Source: Patescibacteria group bacterium (GTDB lineage: Bacteria > Patescibacteriota > Microgenomatia > UBA10105 > UBA927). From it: 31,345 nucleotides of DNA. A program made the translations under genes and the position numbers. Location of the stretch: positions 13,170-44,514 of the forward strand of contig JBBTTP010000066.1 of assembly GCA_038064215.1 (NCBI GenBank). The letters are read 5' to 3'. Shown here piece by piece: positions 8,504 to 17,291 of this stretch; within the stretch, counting starts at the first letter, position 1; each line of letters opens with the position of its first letter. The notes under the pieces were generated by a model. The model was not told the origin of the DNA and searched no databases. It worked only from the letters and a program-made list of their open reading frames with translations.

Positions 8504-9300
8504 TGCATCGCGTTGCGCTTGGGGTTCTGTTGCTTTTTTATCTCTCCTCCATTGCAGGACTTTTGATGAGCGTGATTCCCTCTCTCAAATCCTGGGCGTT
8601 TTTTGCTGCTCCGTTTTACAAGCAGACTGCATTGGATAGTGTGCAGACGGCTTCCGGCCGGCAAGCACAGGTTATATTGCAATTGAACCGCCGCGATCCG
8701 GAGCTTTTGTATAAAGTGGCTCAGAAGGGAAGCAAATTAGGGCTTGATCATGCGCTTGTGGATGGTTGGTACGAGGGAGCGGTTTCTGCTGACCGTTTTA
8801 ATAAAAATTACCACTTGTCTTATCTACAATATTTATTAGAAACAAATCAACAAAATAAAATGGGAGAGGCAGTAAAACAGGCGACAATGGTTTTGGTTCC
8901 GCCGTCTTTGCAAAAACAAACAGCAAAAGTGAATTTTTCTCATGACGAACTCCAGTACTTATATCCGGACATTCTCCCCTCCTTGGTTGAGCCGATGTTT
9001 CGCGATCAACAATACCTTGCAAAGCCGTATTATTTATTGGGATTAAGCGTAATCAGCAAAGACCCGCAGTTAACGAAAGAATTTTGGTTGTTAGCTAAAG
9101 AAATTTCTCCGGAATGGAGTTTTTATTATCTTGAGCTAGCGAGTCTTGAGCAGAATGTATTTCATAATAAAAATCTGGCTAAACAATTAATCGCTGAGTG
9201 TAATAAGCATAAATTGGCCCAAGATAATTGCTCCTCTCTTCCTGCTGGTTGGTTTCCCGAGCCCGGTTTTTTTGCAGAAAAAATCGAGGCAATTCCGTAG
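8503..9300 (+). CDS. Hypothetical protein with N-terminal TM helix and helical (TPR-like) body
   Basis: 265-aa ORF with a hydrophobic N-terminus (VALGVLLLFYLSSIAGLL) and helical-repeat-like segments (PELLYKVAQ, PEWSFYYLELASL). Confidence 0.7.
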   Translation: MHRVALGVLLLFYLSSIAGLLMSVIPSLKSWAFFAAPFYKQTALDSVQTASGRQAQVILQLNRRDPELLYKVAQKGSKLGLDHALVDGWYEGAVSADRFNKNYHLSYLQYLLETNQQNKMGEAVKQATMVLVPPSLQKQTAKVNFSHDELQYLYPDILPSLVEPMFRDQQYLAKPYYLLGLSVISKDPQLTKEFWLLAKEISPEWSFYYLELASLEQNVFHNKNLAKQLIAECNKHKLAQDNCSSLPAGWFPEPGFFAEKIEAIP

Positions 9301-9305
9301 ATTTC

Positions 9306-10079
9306 ATGATGTTTATGGAGCGAATTTTTTACCAGTTAAAAATAGTTTCAATGAATGGAGTAGGGTTGGCAAAATATCTTGCTCATGCTTTCGGATTCCG
9401 ACAAAAAGCACCCAAGGTGGTATTTTATTTAAATACACACACAATCAGGCTTGTCTGTGAAGATGAAAAATTAGGGAAATCTTATCGAGTAGCCGACGCG
9501 GTTTATTGTGACGGTTGGGGGGCAGTTTGGCTGGCCCGTCTGGCTGGGGTTCGGATTAAAGAACGGGCAACGACGATGGATTTTTTTCATGTTTTTTGTG
9601 AGACAGCTCAAAACAATAAATTAAAAATCTTTCTCTTAGGCGGAAACAATGGAGTTGCCGATCGTGCCATGCGTAGGCTTGGCATGTTATACCCAGGACT
9701 TAAAATAGTAGGATGTAGTGATGGTTATTTTAACAACACCGAGGAGATTATTAAAAAAATTAATCAGAGCAAACCAGATGTCCTTTTGGTTGGTATGGGT
9801 ACGCCTAGGCAGGAGAAGTGGCTAGTCGAAAACAAAAACAAATTAAAAATACAACTAGGCTGGGCCGTGGGAAGCTTATTTGAGTATCTTGCAGAAGATA
9901 AACCGCGATCACCAGTTTGGCTTGGCAAGCTCCATTTAGAATGGTTATTTCGGATGATTGTCGAACCAAACCCCGGGCGCAGATATTTAGCTGACGGTTT
10001 ATGGCTACTCAAAGAGTTGTCCTTTGGGTTTTTCTTGAAACCATTTTTTCAAATAGAAAACCCAGATGGTAAAAAATAA
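9306..10079 (+). CDS. WecB/TagA/CpsF family glycosyltransferase (GT26)
   Basis: YCDGWG, ERATTMDF, IFLLGG, DGYF, VGMGTPRQEKW, LEWLFR. Start most likely 9306. Confidence 0.9.
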   Translation: MMFMERIFYQLKIVSMNGVGLAKYLAHAFGFRQKAPKVVFYLNTHTIRLVCEDEKLGKSYRVADAVYCDGWGAVWLARLAGVRIKERATTMDFFHVFCETAQNNKLKIFLLGGNNGVADRAMRRLGMLYPGLKIVGCSDGYFNNTEEIIKKINQSKPDVLLVGMGTPRQEKWLVENKNKLKIQLGWAVGSLFEYLAEDKPRSPVWLGKLHLEWLFRMIVEPNPGRRYLADGLWLLKELSFGFFLKPFFQIENPDGKK

Positions 10080-10911
10080 CAATAAGATAAAGATGTAAAA
10101 GAAATAACGGCTTTTGCACAAGGGAAAACTCTTTGGTTACTGCCAGTACCCTTTTGATTTTGTGAGAGATTCCTTTTTTTTTCTTTTTGAATGAATGAAA
10201 GATATTTTTTTGTGACAAAAGAAACATCGCCCGCCCATTGGTAAACTTTTTTGCCAGAAGTTTTATCAGAGAGTTGGTCTCTTGATGCATAACCTCAACC
10301 TGAGGAGCATACATCATTTTAGCTCCAAGACTTTCGAGTTGCTCGCCGAAATCGGTGTCTTCTGAAAAACCAAAGCGGTCGTATTGGCCGTCAAATTTAA
10401 GATGGCTGCGTTTTAAAAAAGATCGTTTAATCGCAAAATTTCTGGAATTGAGCGCCCCGCCGCAAAAAACGCGGCCTGTTTTTTGATGTACTCTGAGATC
10501 AAGAAACCAACGCTCGTATTGGAACGTGTAAGCCTTCATGAGTACCGAGGAGGATAATTCTTTAGATTTGCCCAGAACAACGTCGATGTCTGGGTTTTGA
10601 CGGTACATCGTAATGATTTCCGCAAGCCAATGAGACGCCGGTTCACAATCGTCGTCAAGAAAAACAACGATATCGCCCCTCGCTTCCTGCAATCCCCGAT
10701 TCCTTGCCCGCGATTTACCCAATCTTTTTTCAAGAAGAAGTTTTAACGGTAGATTAGAGAATCTTTTAAGAAGCGGAACATAGTTCTGTTGAGCGTTGTT
10801 TTCGATTACCAAAATTTCTTTCGGCTTAACCGACTGAGCTGACAGGGCTTTAAGACACTGGGTAATATTTGCCAATCTTTTTCGACTGGGAATAACTACA
10901 GAGATTGTCAT
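10009..10911 (-). CDS. GT2 family glycosyltransferase
   Basis: ISVVIPS, ARNRGL, FLDDDC (DxD) and SEDTDF motifs. Confidence 0.9.
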   Translation of the reverse strand: MTISVVIPSRKRLANITQCLKALSAQSVKPKEILVIENNAQQNYVPLLKRFSNLPLKLLLEKRLGKSRARNRGLQEARGDIVVFLDDDCEPASHWLAEIITMYRQNPDIDVVLGKSKELSSSVLMKAYTFQYERWFLDLRVHQKTGRVFCGGALNSRNFAIKRSFLKRSHLKFDGQYDRFGFSEDTDFGEQLESLGAKMMYAPQVEVMHQETNSLIKLLAKKFTNGRAMFLLSQKNIFHSFKKKKKGISHKIKRVLAVTKEFSLVQKPLFLLHLYLIVIFYHLGFLFEKMVSRKTQRTTL

Positions 10912-12329
10912 AGGGTAGATAAATAACCAAGCATTAAAATAAACACCTCAAGAGACGGATCCTGTGAAAAGAGAGTGTGGAACTGGGCATTAATTAAAAA
11001 TGTAAAAGCGCCTACCCAAATTCCTGTCGAAATCCAGTTATTTTTTATTTTTTTCCAGGACTGCCAGAAAATATAGACAACAAAAACTAGAAATAACAAT
11101 CCTGCAGGAACGCCTAGTTCGGAAAAAAATAAAAGAAACGTATTGTGGACCGGAAACAAGAACCCACGAGCTTCGAGAGAGAGATCGTTGGTCGACATGA
11201 CTTGAGTAAAACGATTCAATCCCACTCCCCAAACAGGAGCCTGTTTGATCATCTCCCATGCTTGAAGGACGAGATTGATGCGGCCCCGGCCATTGCCGAT
11301 GGTCCAAATATCGTTAAATGACTGTAGGCGTGAGAAAAATGCAGGGACAAAAATTGAAAGAGCTACAACTATGATCATAATCATTGCAGCCAATAGCCAA
11401 AACTTCAATGCCCGAACATTTTTTTTGGTACCTAACCAAATAAAAATCATGCCTGATAAAACAATGGCCATCCATCCACTCCGGCTAAAAGTGGCAAAAA
11501 GAGAAATAAGACCGAGGGTCAAAGCTAAGACGGCAACATATTTAGATGATGACCATCTCTTTGATTTTTTTGAAAGCAGAAAGCCGAAACTCACTGGAAT
11601 AAGTAGTGTTAAAAAACTGCCAAAAAAAGTGGGGTGACCCATGAGCCCGGACACTCGATAAAATGGTTCTCCGTCGGTTGTAAGATATCCAAGCGGTCGA
11701 GTGGCGCCGGAATCTTCCAGAAATAACCCCAATGGCTGACGGTTGATGAGTTGCAAGCTTCCCACGATTCCCAGGAGAAGAAGAATGGCAATGAGCGTAT
11801 TTCTAAAAAGTTCCCTCATTCTTTCTCCAATAAAAAGACGGCTTCCGACAAAAAACAGACCAATAGAGGTAAATAAACGCACTAATCCCAAGGACGCCAG
11901 GTTACTATTTTCAGAAACAAAAGTACCAATGACGGACAAAAGCAGGAAGATGAGAAGAATGAAATCAATTGGCTTGAGCTTTTGCCCGTCACCTTTTTTT
12001 ATGAGAACTAACATGAAAAACAGCACCACAAAAATAATCATTTTTGGCGCAATACCAAAATAAAAATCATATCCTGGAATCCAGGGATGGGGACCAGGTG
12101 AGACAACACGTATAAACCACGCCCGCAATCCCCGCTCAAATGGCAGAGACAGGAGTAATGTTGCAAACAAGCTTTCCATTAAAGAAAATTTATTGACAGT
12201 AAATAAAATAAGTCCGTATATCGCGAAGATAACAATGTAGGCCTTATTGTTGGTGATGAGTAGTAATGCCAAAGAAAAGACGTAAGGAGAAATCCGGGGA
12301 TTGAGTATTTGTTTAAGGAGTTTCATCAT
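10908..12329 (-). CDS. O-antigen ligase (Wzy_C) family protein, second copy
   Basis: RVSGLMGHPTFF, TFSRSGW, GRGRINL, APVWGVGLNRF and PVHNTFLLFFSELG. Start 12329 preferred over 12371. Confidence 0.88.
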   Translation of the reverse strand: MMKLLKQILNPRISPYVFSLALLLITNNKAYIVIFAIYGLILFTVNKFSLMESLFATLLLSLPFERGLRAWFIRVVSPGPHPWIPGYDFYFGIAPKMIIFVVLFFMLVLIKKGDGQKLKPIDFILLIFLLLSVIGTFVSENSNLASLGLVRLFTSIGLFFVGSRLFIGERMRELFRNTLIAILLLLGIVGSLQLINRQPLGLFLEDSGATRPLGYLTTDGEPFYRVSGLMGHPTFFGSFLTLLIPVSFGFLLSKKSKRWSSSKYVAVLALTLGLISLFATFSRSGWMAIVLSGMIFIWLGTKKNVRALKFWLLAAMIMIIVVALSIFVPAFFSRLQSFNDIWTIGNGRGRINLVLQAWEMIKQAPVWGVGLNRFTQVMSTNDLSLEARGFLFPVHNTFLLFFSELGVPAGLLFLVFVVYIFWQSWKKIKNNWISTGIWVGAFTFLINAQFHTLFSQDPSLEVFILMLGYLSTL

Positions 12330-13170
12330 GGAAATCCTGAACTTCGACATAGGGAAGATTGTAGTCGGCAAACGAAAACTTAAGCGGAGAATCCAGGCTG
12401 CCGACTTTCAAGATTTGATTGCCGGCAAACCTCCAGCCATACGGATAATTCACCAATAGCAATCTTAGGGTAAGAACAATATCTTTGAGCCGCGGGTTGG
12501 TTTCAAGAAATTGGTTGGTGAAGTATCCCGGACTACTCGTAAAAACGCTACTTGTGGGTGTTTCAGTTGATTTAGATAAAATTTCAGCAACTACTATATT
12601 ATTGGCCCTGTCAAACATTTTGTCTCCGACGGCAATTTTATTGACTACCCATGGTTCAATATTGCGGATACGAACCGTGGCGATAATATATTTCTGTGAG
12701 TATCCTTCTGGTGGAATATTTAACGCTTCAATTTGACCTAGTACTTTGGTTTTGGGTAGTGACAATTCAATCGGTCCTCCAATTTCAACCGCACGGTTTT
12801 TGTACGAATATTTTCCGGTTCGAATACTTGCAACAACCTTAATTTTAGCTGTCACAAATATCGTTGGTTTTACATCGCCATATTGCTCAACAGAGATAAT
12901 ATTTGCGGTTGGTTTGCCGTCGATACCGAATTCCGTGTCACCGGACTTAATGGTGTTGGAAAGCCAGGGCGGCGGATTAAAAGAGTTTCCTCCGGAAAAG
13001 TCTTCGGTCCAATCTTTGCCTTTAACCTCCGCACGGATCATGAGCCATTCTTTTTTGGCGCCGAAAAATTTTATTCCGACGACGAACATCGCTATGACCG
13101 AGATTAAAGCAAACGCCTGTAATGGTGTTATAGTTTTAATTCTTTCCTCTATTTTTTTACTTAATGACAT
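12313..13170 (-). CDS. Hypothetical membrane-anchored protein, DUF4330-like
   Basis: Single N-terminal TM followed by two similar beta-rich halves (IKSGD...ANIISVE / IAVGD...AEILSKS); family assignment is from recall. Confidence 0.55.
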   Translation of the reverse strand: MSLSKKIEERIKTITPLQAFALISVIAMFVVGIKFFGAKKEWLMIRAEVKGKDWTEDFSGGNSFNPPPWLSNTIKSGDTEFGIDGKPTANIISVEQYGDVKPTIFVTAKIKVVASIRTGKYSYKNRAVEIGGPIELSLPKTKVLGQIEALNIPPEGYSQKYIIATVRIRNIEPWVVNKIAVGDKMFDRANNIVVAEILSKSTETPTSSVFTSSPGYFTNQFLETNPRLKDIVLTLRLLLVNYPYGWRFAGNQILKVGSLDSPLKFSFADYNLPYVEVQDFHDETP

Positions 13171-13178
13171 ATTTATAT

Positions 13179-13850
13179 TTATTTTTGTATAATACCCAAT
13201 CCGAATGTACCGGGAAATTCGATCATATTATATATCTTTTTCAACCGCAATTCCTGCCAGAATTGATGGATGCCATAATCGAGATCGTTCGTGTGTTTGG
13301 TATGAATATCGTGGAATGCCATAAATCCACCTTTTGTGAGTTTGGGCCAAAAAAAACGGAAATCTGATTCCACTCCCGCGTATGAGTGGTCGCCGTCAAC
13401 ATGGATATAGCTCCATGTATGGGAGGGGTACAGTTTTTTGAATTTTTGAGTCGTCATGATATGCATTGTAATATAATGCTCAAGGTTAAATTTTTCAAAT
13501 ATGTGCCCGCCTTCTTGTGTGTTCCAAAACCCTACGCCTCCCCAATGGCTTTTGTGTTTGGGATTGGCCTGATCATATCCGGCATCCACAAAGTCGACCA
13601 TTCCTTTTTGGTTATCGCGGCACGCAAGTGCGCAGATTGCCGGTATGTATCCATACCGGCTGCCGATGCATAATACCCGTTTGGGTTGAAGAACGCGAAT
13701 GAGCGCATAATGAATCCATCCATATCCCAGATTACCGGTTGTTTTATCCATTTCATGCCAGTTATCGCTACGAGCGTACAGATCAATAAATCGATTGATT
13801 GACGTGCGGTTGAATATATTGGTTGACTGAAATAGTCCTGTGTAATCCAT
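13179..13850 (-). CDS. Class I SAM-dependent methyltransferase (Methyltransf_24-like), paralogue 1
   Basis: VLCIGSRYG, IHVDGDHSY, GGFMAFHDI. Confidence 0.85.
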   Translation of the reverse strand: MDYTGLFQSTNIFNRTSINRFIDLYARSDNWHEMDKTTGNLGYGWIHYALIRVLQPKRVLCIGSRYGYIPAICALACRDNQKGMVDFVDAGYDQANPKHKSHWGGVGFWNTQEGGHIFEKFNLEHYITMHIMTTQKFKKLYPSHTWSYIHVDGDHSYAGVESDFRFFWPKLTKGGFMAFHDIHTKHTNDLDYGIHQFWQELRLKKIYNMIEFPGTFGLGIIQK

Positions 13851-13873
13851 TGTGATAGTATAGTGTACACCGT

Positions 13874-15070
13874 ATGGGAGTTTTTGAAAAATTATTTAGG
13901 TACTTTCCGGATATTTTTTTCCACAAAAAGAAAATTCTTTCGATACTGCAAAAGACTGCCACTCCTGTTTTTTTAGCAGATAAGCGTATTTTGTTGGAGC
14001 GATATCAAAACCTGCAGTGGGCGCTTGAGAAATCGTGGAGCCGGTCACAGATAGCCTATTCGTTTAAAACAAATTACGATATCGCCCGGTCCCGTATATT
14101 TCAAACTCAAGGAGCTTGGGCAGAGGTGGTTTCCGGCAAAGAATACGCGTTGGCAAAAAAACTTGGCTATGCAGGCCATCAGATTATTTTCAACGGGCCT
14201 TACAAAACAAAGGACCAACTCGGTCAAGCGTTTAGAGATGATGCATTAGTTCATATAGATCATAAGGAAGAAATGGAAAGAGTTATTGCTTTAAGCAAAG
14301 TAATAAAGCATCGGATTCGTGTTGGTGTCCGTATCAGTATGCCCATTCCCCATATAGCACGAAGCAGATTCGGTTTTTTTGTTGAGACCGGAGAAGCGCT
14401 AGCGGCAATCCAAAAATTGAAAAAAACACAGGACGTCGACATCGAAAGTATCCATGCTCACATAGGTACAGACGTTGATACGTCACTCAGCTATGCTGCA
14501 GTAGTATCGGGTATGGCAGACGTTGCGGATTTTGCTCTGAAAGAAACGGGAAAACCGATTACTTTTTTGGATATCGGTGGCGGATTCCCTTCTCACGGTG
14601 AAAAACCTTTTAGCAGAATATCGTGGCATCCGAAAAGAATCGAAGATTACGTTCAGGGGATAGTGGGGGAACTGAAACACCATCTGGTTTTCAAGAATAT
14701 TCATCTTGTTGTTGAACCGGGAAGATACCTCGTCGATGATGGGATTATCTTTGCTTGTCGCGTGATTAGTGTTAGACGGGAACCTGGAAAGCAGATTGTA
14801 CTGACCGATGCTACACTTACGATGTTGCCGTTGAAATGGTACCGTCCGCAGATTATTCGTATTTATTCGCAGCAACTTGATGAAAAAAGCGGTCAAGAGG
14901 TAAAAACCGTTCTCTATGGCGCTTCCTGCCGTGAAGATGACATACTGTTTGAGGGGCAATTATCTTCTATTGTATCAGGAGATTATGTGATATTTTTTTG
15001 TGTCGGTGCTTACAATCAAAGTATGGCTTCGGATTTTATTTTTGAAAAACCTGCTGCTGTTTTTTTGTAA
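13874..15070 (+). CDS. Fold-type III PLP-dependent decarboxylase (LysA/ODC family), substrate unknown
   Basis: YSFKTN (PLP lysine), AEVVS, FNGPYK, HAHIGT, DIGGGFP, VEPGRYLV, GASC and GAYNQSM. Confidence 0.88.
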   Translation: MGVFEKLFRYFPDIFFHKKKILSILQKTATPVFLADKRILLERYQNLQWALEKSWSRSQIAYSFKTNYDIARSRIFQTQGAWAEVVSGKEYALAKKLGYAGHQIIFNGPYKTKDQLGQAFRDDALVHIDHKEEMERVIALSKVIKHRIRVGVRISMPIPHIARSRFGFFVETGEALAAIQKLKKTQDVDIESIHAHIGTDVDTSLSYAAVVSGMADVADFALKETGKPITFLDIGGGFPSHGEKPFSRISWHPKRIEDYVQGIVGELKHHLVFKNIHLVVEPGRYLVDDGIIFACRVISVRREPGKQIVLTDATLTMLPLKWYRPQIIRIYSQQLDEKSGQEVKTVLYGASCREDDILFEGQLSSIVSGDYVIFFCVGAYNQSMASDFIFEKPAAVFL

Positions 15071-15870
15071 TTGATATCTTCATCATCTATTTTTTGAATA
15101 AATCCCAGGCCGGAGTAATGGTTGGTGAGCTTGAATTTATACGGCAAAAACGAGAGATTTCTCCACATTTTTCCATGTTCAAAACGCATGCTTTCCGCAG
15201 TCCGGTCAAAATCTATGTCATGAAAGCAGATGAATCCTTCAGGGGTGAGGCGGGGCCAAAATAGCCGGAGATTGGTTATAGCACCCTGGTACGAGTGGTC
15301 GCCGTCCAGGTAGATATAGTCATAGTTCCAATTTTCTTTTTTGGCAAACTGTGCGCTGGTCATAATGTGCGTTGCTATATATTTGTTGACACCGAGGTAG
15401 CGAAAATGCTCGTCGGGTTTAACAGTTTTCCAGAATCCCTGGCCATAGTAATGTTTGCTGCTTCCCTTTTTCATGTCATACGATGCATCGACAAAATCTA
15501 CAAAACCTATTTGGTTTTCCATGCAGGCCTTGGCCATCATATACGGGATGAATCCGTACATGGAACCGATACAGAGTACCCGGTTGGGTTTCTGATTTCT
15601 GATGATTGCATAATGAATAAGCCCATATCCGAGATTCTGTGTAGATTTTTCCAGGTTTTGCGACCGCTGGTCGTTCCACCGGTAGTCCGCGCCGTAGTAA
15701 TAGACAATGCGGTCGTAAAAATAGCGTTCGAATGCGTGGTACATGGGGAAAAGGAATAAAGTGTCAAGCCAAAATGTTTTTCCCCATATTTTTTGTCGCA
15801 GTTTTTCCAGGGCGCGTTTGATGCCGAGGTTTAAATGAATAGAATGATAGATTTGTTCAATAAATTTCAT
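15016..15870 (-). CDS. Class I SAM-dependent methyltransferase (Methyltransf_24-like), paralogue 2
   Basis: VLCIGSMYG, IYLDGDHSY, EGFICFHDI. Shares NLGYGxIHYAxIR with 13179-13850. Start probably 15870. Confidence 0.82.
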   Translation of the reverse strand: MKFIEQIYHSIHLNLGIKRALEKLRQKIWGKTFWLDTLFLFPMYHAFERYFYDRIVYYYGADYRWNDQRSQNLEKSTQNLGYGLIHYAIIRNQKPNRVLCIGSMYGFIPYMMAKACMENQIGFVDFVDASYDMKKGSSKHYYGQGFWKTVKPDEHFRYLGVNKYIATHIMTSAQFAKKENWNYDYIYLDGDHSYQGAITNLRLFWPRLTPEGFICFHDIDFDRTAESMRFEHGKMWRNLSFLPYKFKLTNHYSGLGFIQKIDDEDINYKKTAAGFSKIKSEAIL

Positions 15871-15918
15871 TTTCGGTTGACGAGGCCTTCTTATTGTTGA
15901 TACACTAATGCAAATTAA

Positions 15919-16860
15919 ATGGTTAAACAAATTATTTTACCACAAATAACAGAAAAAGAGTTTTTCCGTCGATTAAGAGAAAGACCTTTCGAGGATATCG
16001 GAGCTATCCGTACCATCGAGTCATTTTTTAAAAAAAAGCGCGGTTATATCTTCAAAATGCCTAAGCCAGGGACGCCGGTTATTCTTTTGGTTTCCGGCGG
16101 CTTGGACTCAACCACCACTTGGGGGCTACTGCTTTTAAAATATAAATTAGTGGTCTACCCTCTTTTTATTTTCCGTGACAGTGTACGATCTAAAAAGGAA
16201 GAACATGCTGCCGATTATTTTTGGAACTATTTTTATAGAAAGTATCCCAACCAAGTCATGCCTTTAATGAAATTTCATACTATTCTTTCACCGCCGGAAA
16301 TAACCTTGAGTATGGAAAAAGAACATTATTATCATCCTAAACGGGTTTTAGACCTGATTGGCAACGAGATGATGCTTAAATATCCAAATTTTTATCCGCA
16401 ACGGGTCCTCCCTTATATTCACGTCTTTTATGCGCTGGTATACGCTCAATATCTTTATGAGCATGTAGATGTAAAGATACGGACGGTGTTTACCGCGGTT
16501 CTGGCCGGCGACGGATTAGTCGTACCCAGTCAGACACTTACTTCGCTTCGAACGGCTCTTCTTTCTGTTTGCCATACTACTGCTGATTATAGTTGGCAAT
16601 TTGCTTCTATCACTTTTGAAAAAGAATTGGGGCATTGGTTTTATAAAAAAGACGTGATTCTTTTGGGAAACAAGATGGGCCTACCGCTTGAAAAAACCTG
16701 GAGTTGTTACAGTGCGGGTTTGTTTCAGTGCGGCAACAGGTGTCAGACCTGCAAGAACAGAAGAGACGATTTTAGGGGCTCGGGACTCATTGACAAAACC
16801 GTTTATCTTGAGGATTTGACTTGGGTGAAATGGATGAGACATTTGGGGTTAATGAAGTGA
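15919..16860 (+). CDS. QueC-like (7-cyano-7-deazaguanine synthase family) PP-loop ATP pyrophosphatase, non-canonical
   Basis: SGGLDS PP-loop; C-terminal TWSCY...CGNRCQTCKNR zinc site; about 50-aa N-terminal extension; lacks the canonical VPxRN motif. Confidence 0.75.
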   Translation: MVKQIILPQITEKEFFRRLRERPFEDIGAIRTIESFFKKKRGYIFKMPKPGTPVILLVSGGLDSTTTWGLLLLKYKLVVYPLFIFRDSVRSKKEEHAADYFWNYFYRKYPNQVMPLMKFHTILSPPEITLSMEKEHYYHPKRVLDLIGNEMMLKYPNFYPQRVLPYIHVFYALVYAQYLYEHVDVKIRTVFTAVLAGDGLVVPSQTLTSLRTALLSVCHTTADYSWQFASITFEKELGHWFYKKDVILLGNKMGLPLEKTWSCYSAGLFQCGNRCQTCKNRRDDFRGSGLIDKTVYLEDLTWVKWMRHLGLMK

Positions 16861-16871
16861 TCGTCATTCTA

Positions 16872-16930
16872 TTGACAAAGATAATCCGATTTTCGTATTA
16901 TATATGATATACGTGGCATGATAGGGGGTG
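16872..16930 (+). promoter_or_regulatory. Sigma70-type promoter (TTGACA-18-TATTAT) plus Shine-Dalgarno-like GGGGGTG
   Basis: TTGACA 16872-16877, TATTAT 16896-16901, GGGGGTG 16924-16930, ATG at 16942. Confidence 0.65.
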
Positions 16931-16941
16931 ATTTTTTCACT

Positions 16942-17025
16942 ATGAAAGCGAAAAAAACGTACGCAAAACCAGGTGACAAGAAGGTAAAAATTCTCATGAA
17001 AGCACTTTTGGCCCTCAAGATGTAA
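16942..17025 (+). CDS. 27-aa peptide MKAKKTYAKPGDKKVKILMKALLALKM; putative RiPP precursor or leader-like peptide
   Basis: Not in the ORF track. Has its own promoter and RBS, a YxxP motif, and a TAA stop overlapping the PqqD ATG (TAATG). Confidence 0.6.
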   Translation: MKAKKTYAKPGDKKVKILMKALLALKM

Positions 17026-17291
17026 TGAAAAGGTTTAAAAGAGCTTCCTCTGTTCTTTCAAAGAAGATCCAAAATGGATGGGTTGTCCTCGAAAAAAATG
17101 CGAATTACTATCGTGAGTTAAATGATGTTGCAAGCATTTTGTGGTCCGTGTTGCAAACTCCCAGGTCACTTCAAGAACTCACTCAGACGGTAGTGAAGAC
17201 GTTTGATGTTGATACTGCAGCAGCAGAAAAAGATATATCCATTTTTATCAAAAAATACGTATGCAACGGATTTTTGGAAGAAGTTTCATAG
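17025..17291 (+). CDS. PqqD family protein / stand-alone RiPP recognition element
   Basis: 88 aa with the three-strand plus three-helix RRE pattern YYRELNDVASILWSVLQTPRSLQELTQTVVKTFDVD...AEKDISIFIKKY...GFLEE. Confidence 0.88.
   Translation: MKRFKRASSVLSKKIQNGWVVLEKNANYYRELNDVASILWSVLQTPRSLQELTQTVVKTFDVDTAAAEKDISIFIKKYVCNGFLEEVS

Noticed and set aside
13874-15070. Assigning the symbol lysA
   Set aside because: The specificity loop is CRE rather than CE, and the context is not lysine biosynthesis.
15919-16860. Assigning the symbol queC
   Set aside because: Canonical substrate motif and partner que genes are absent; only family-level similarity is supportable.
16942-17291. Calling this a complete lasso peptide cluster
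   Set aside because: No transglutaminase-like B2 protease or AsnB-type cyclase is present, and the peptide lacks a clear T(-2)/G1...D/E8-9 core.
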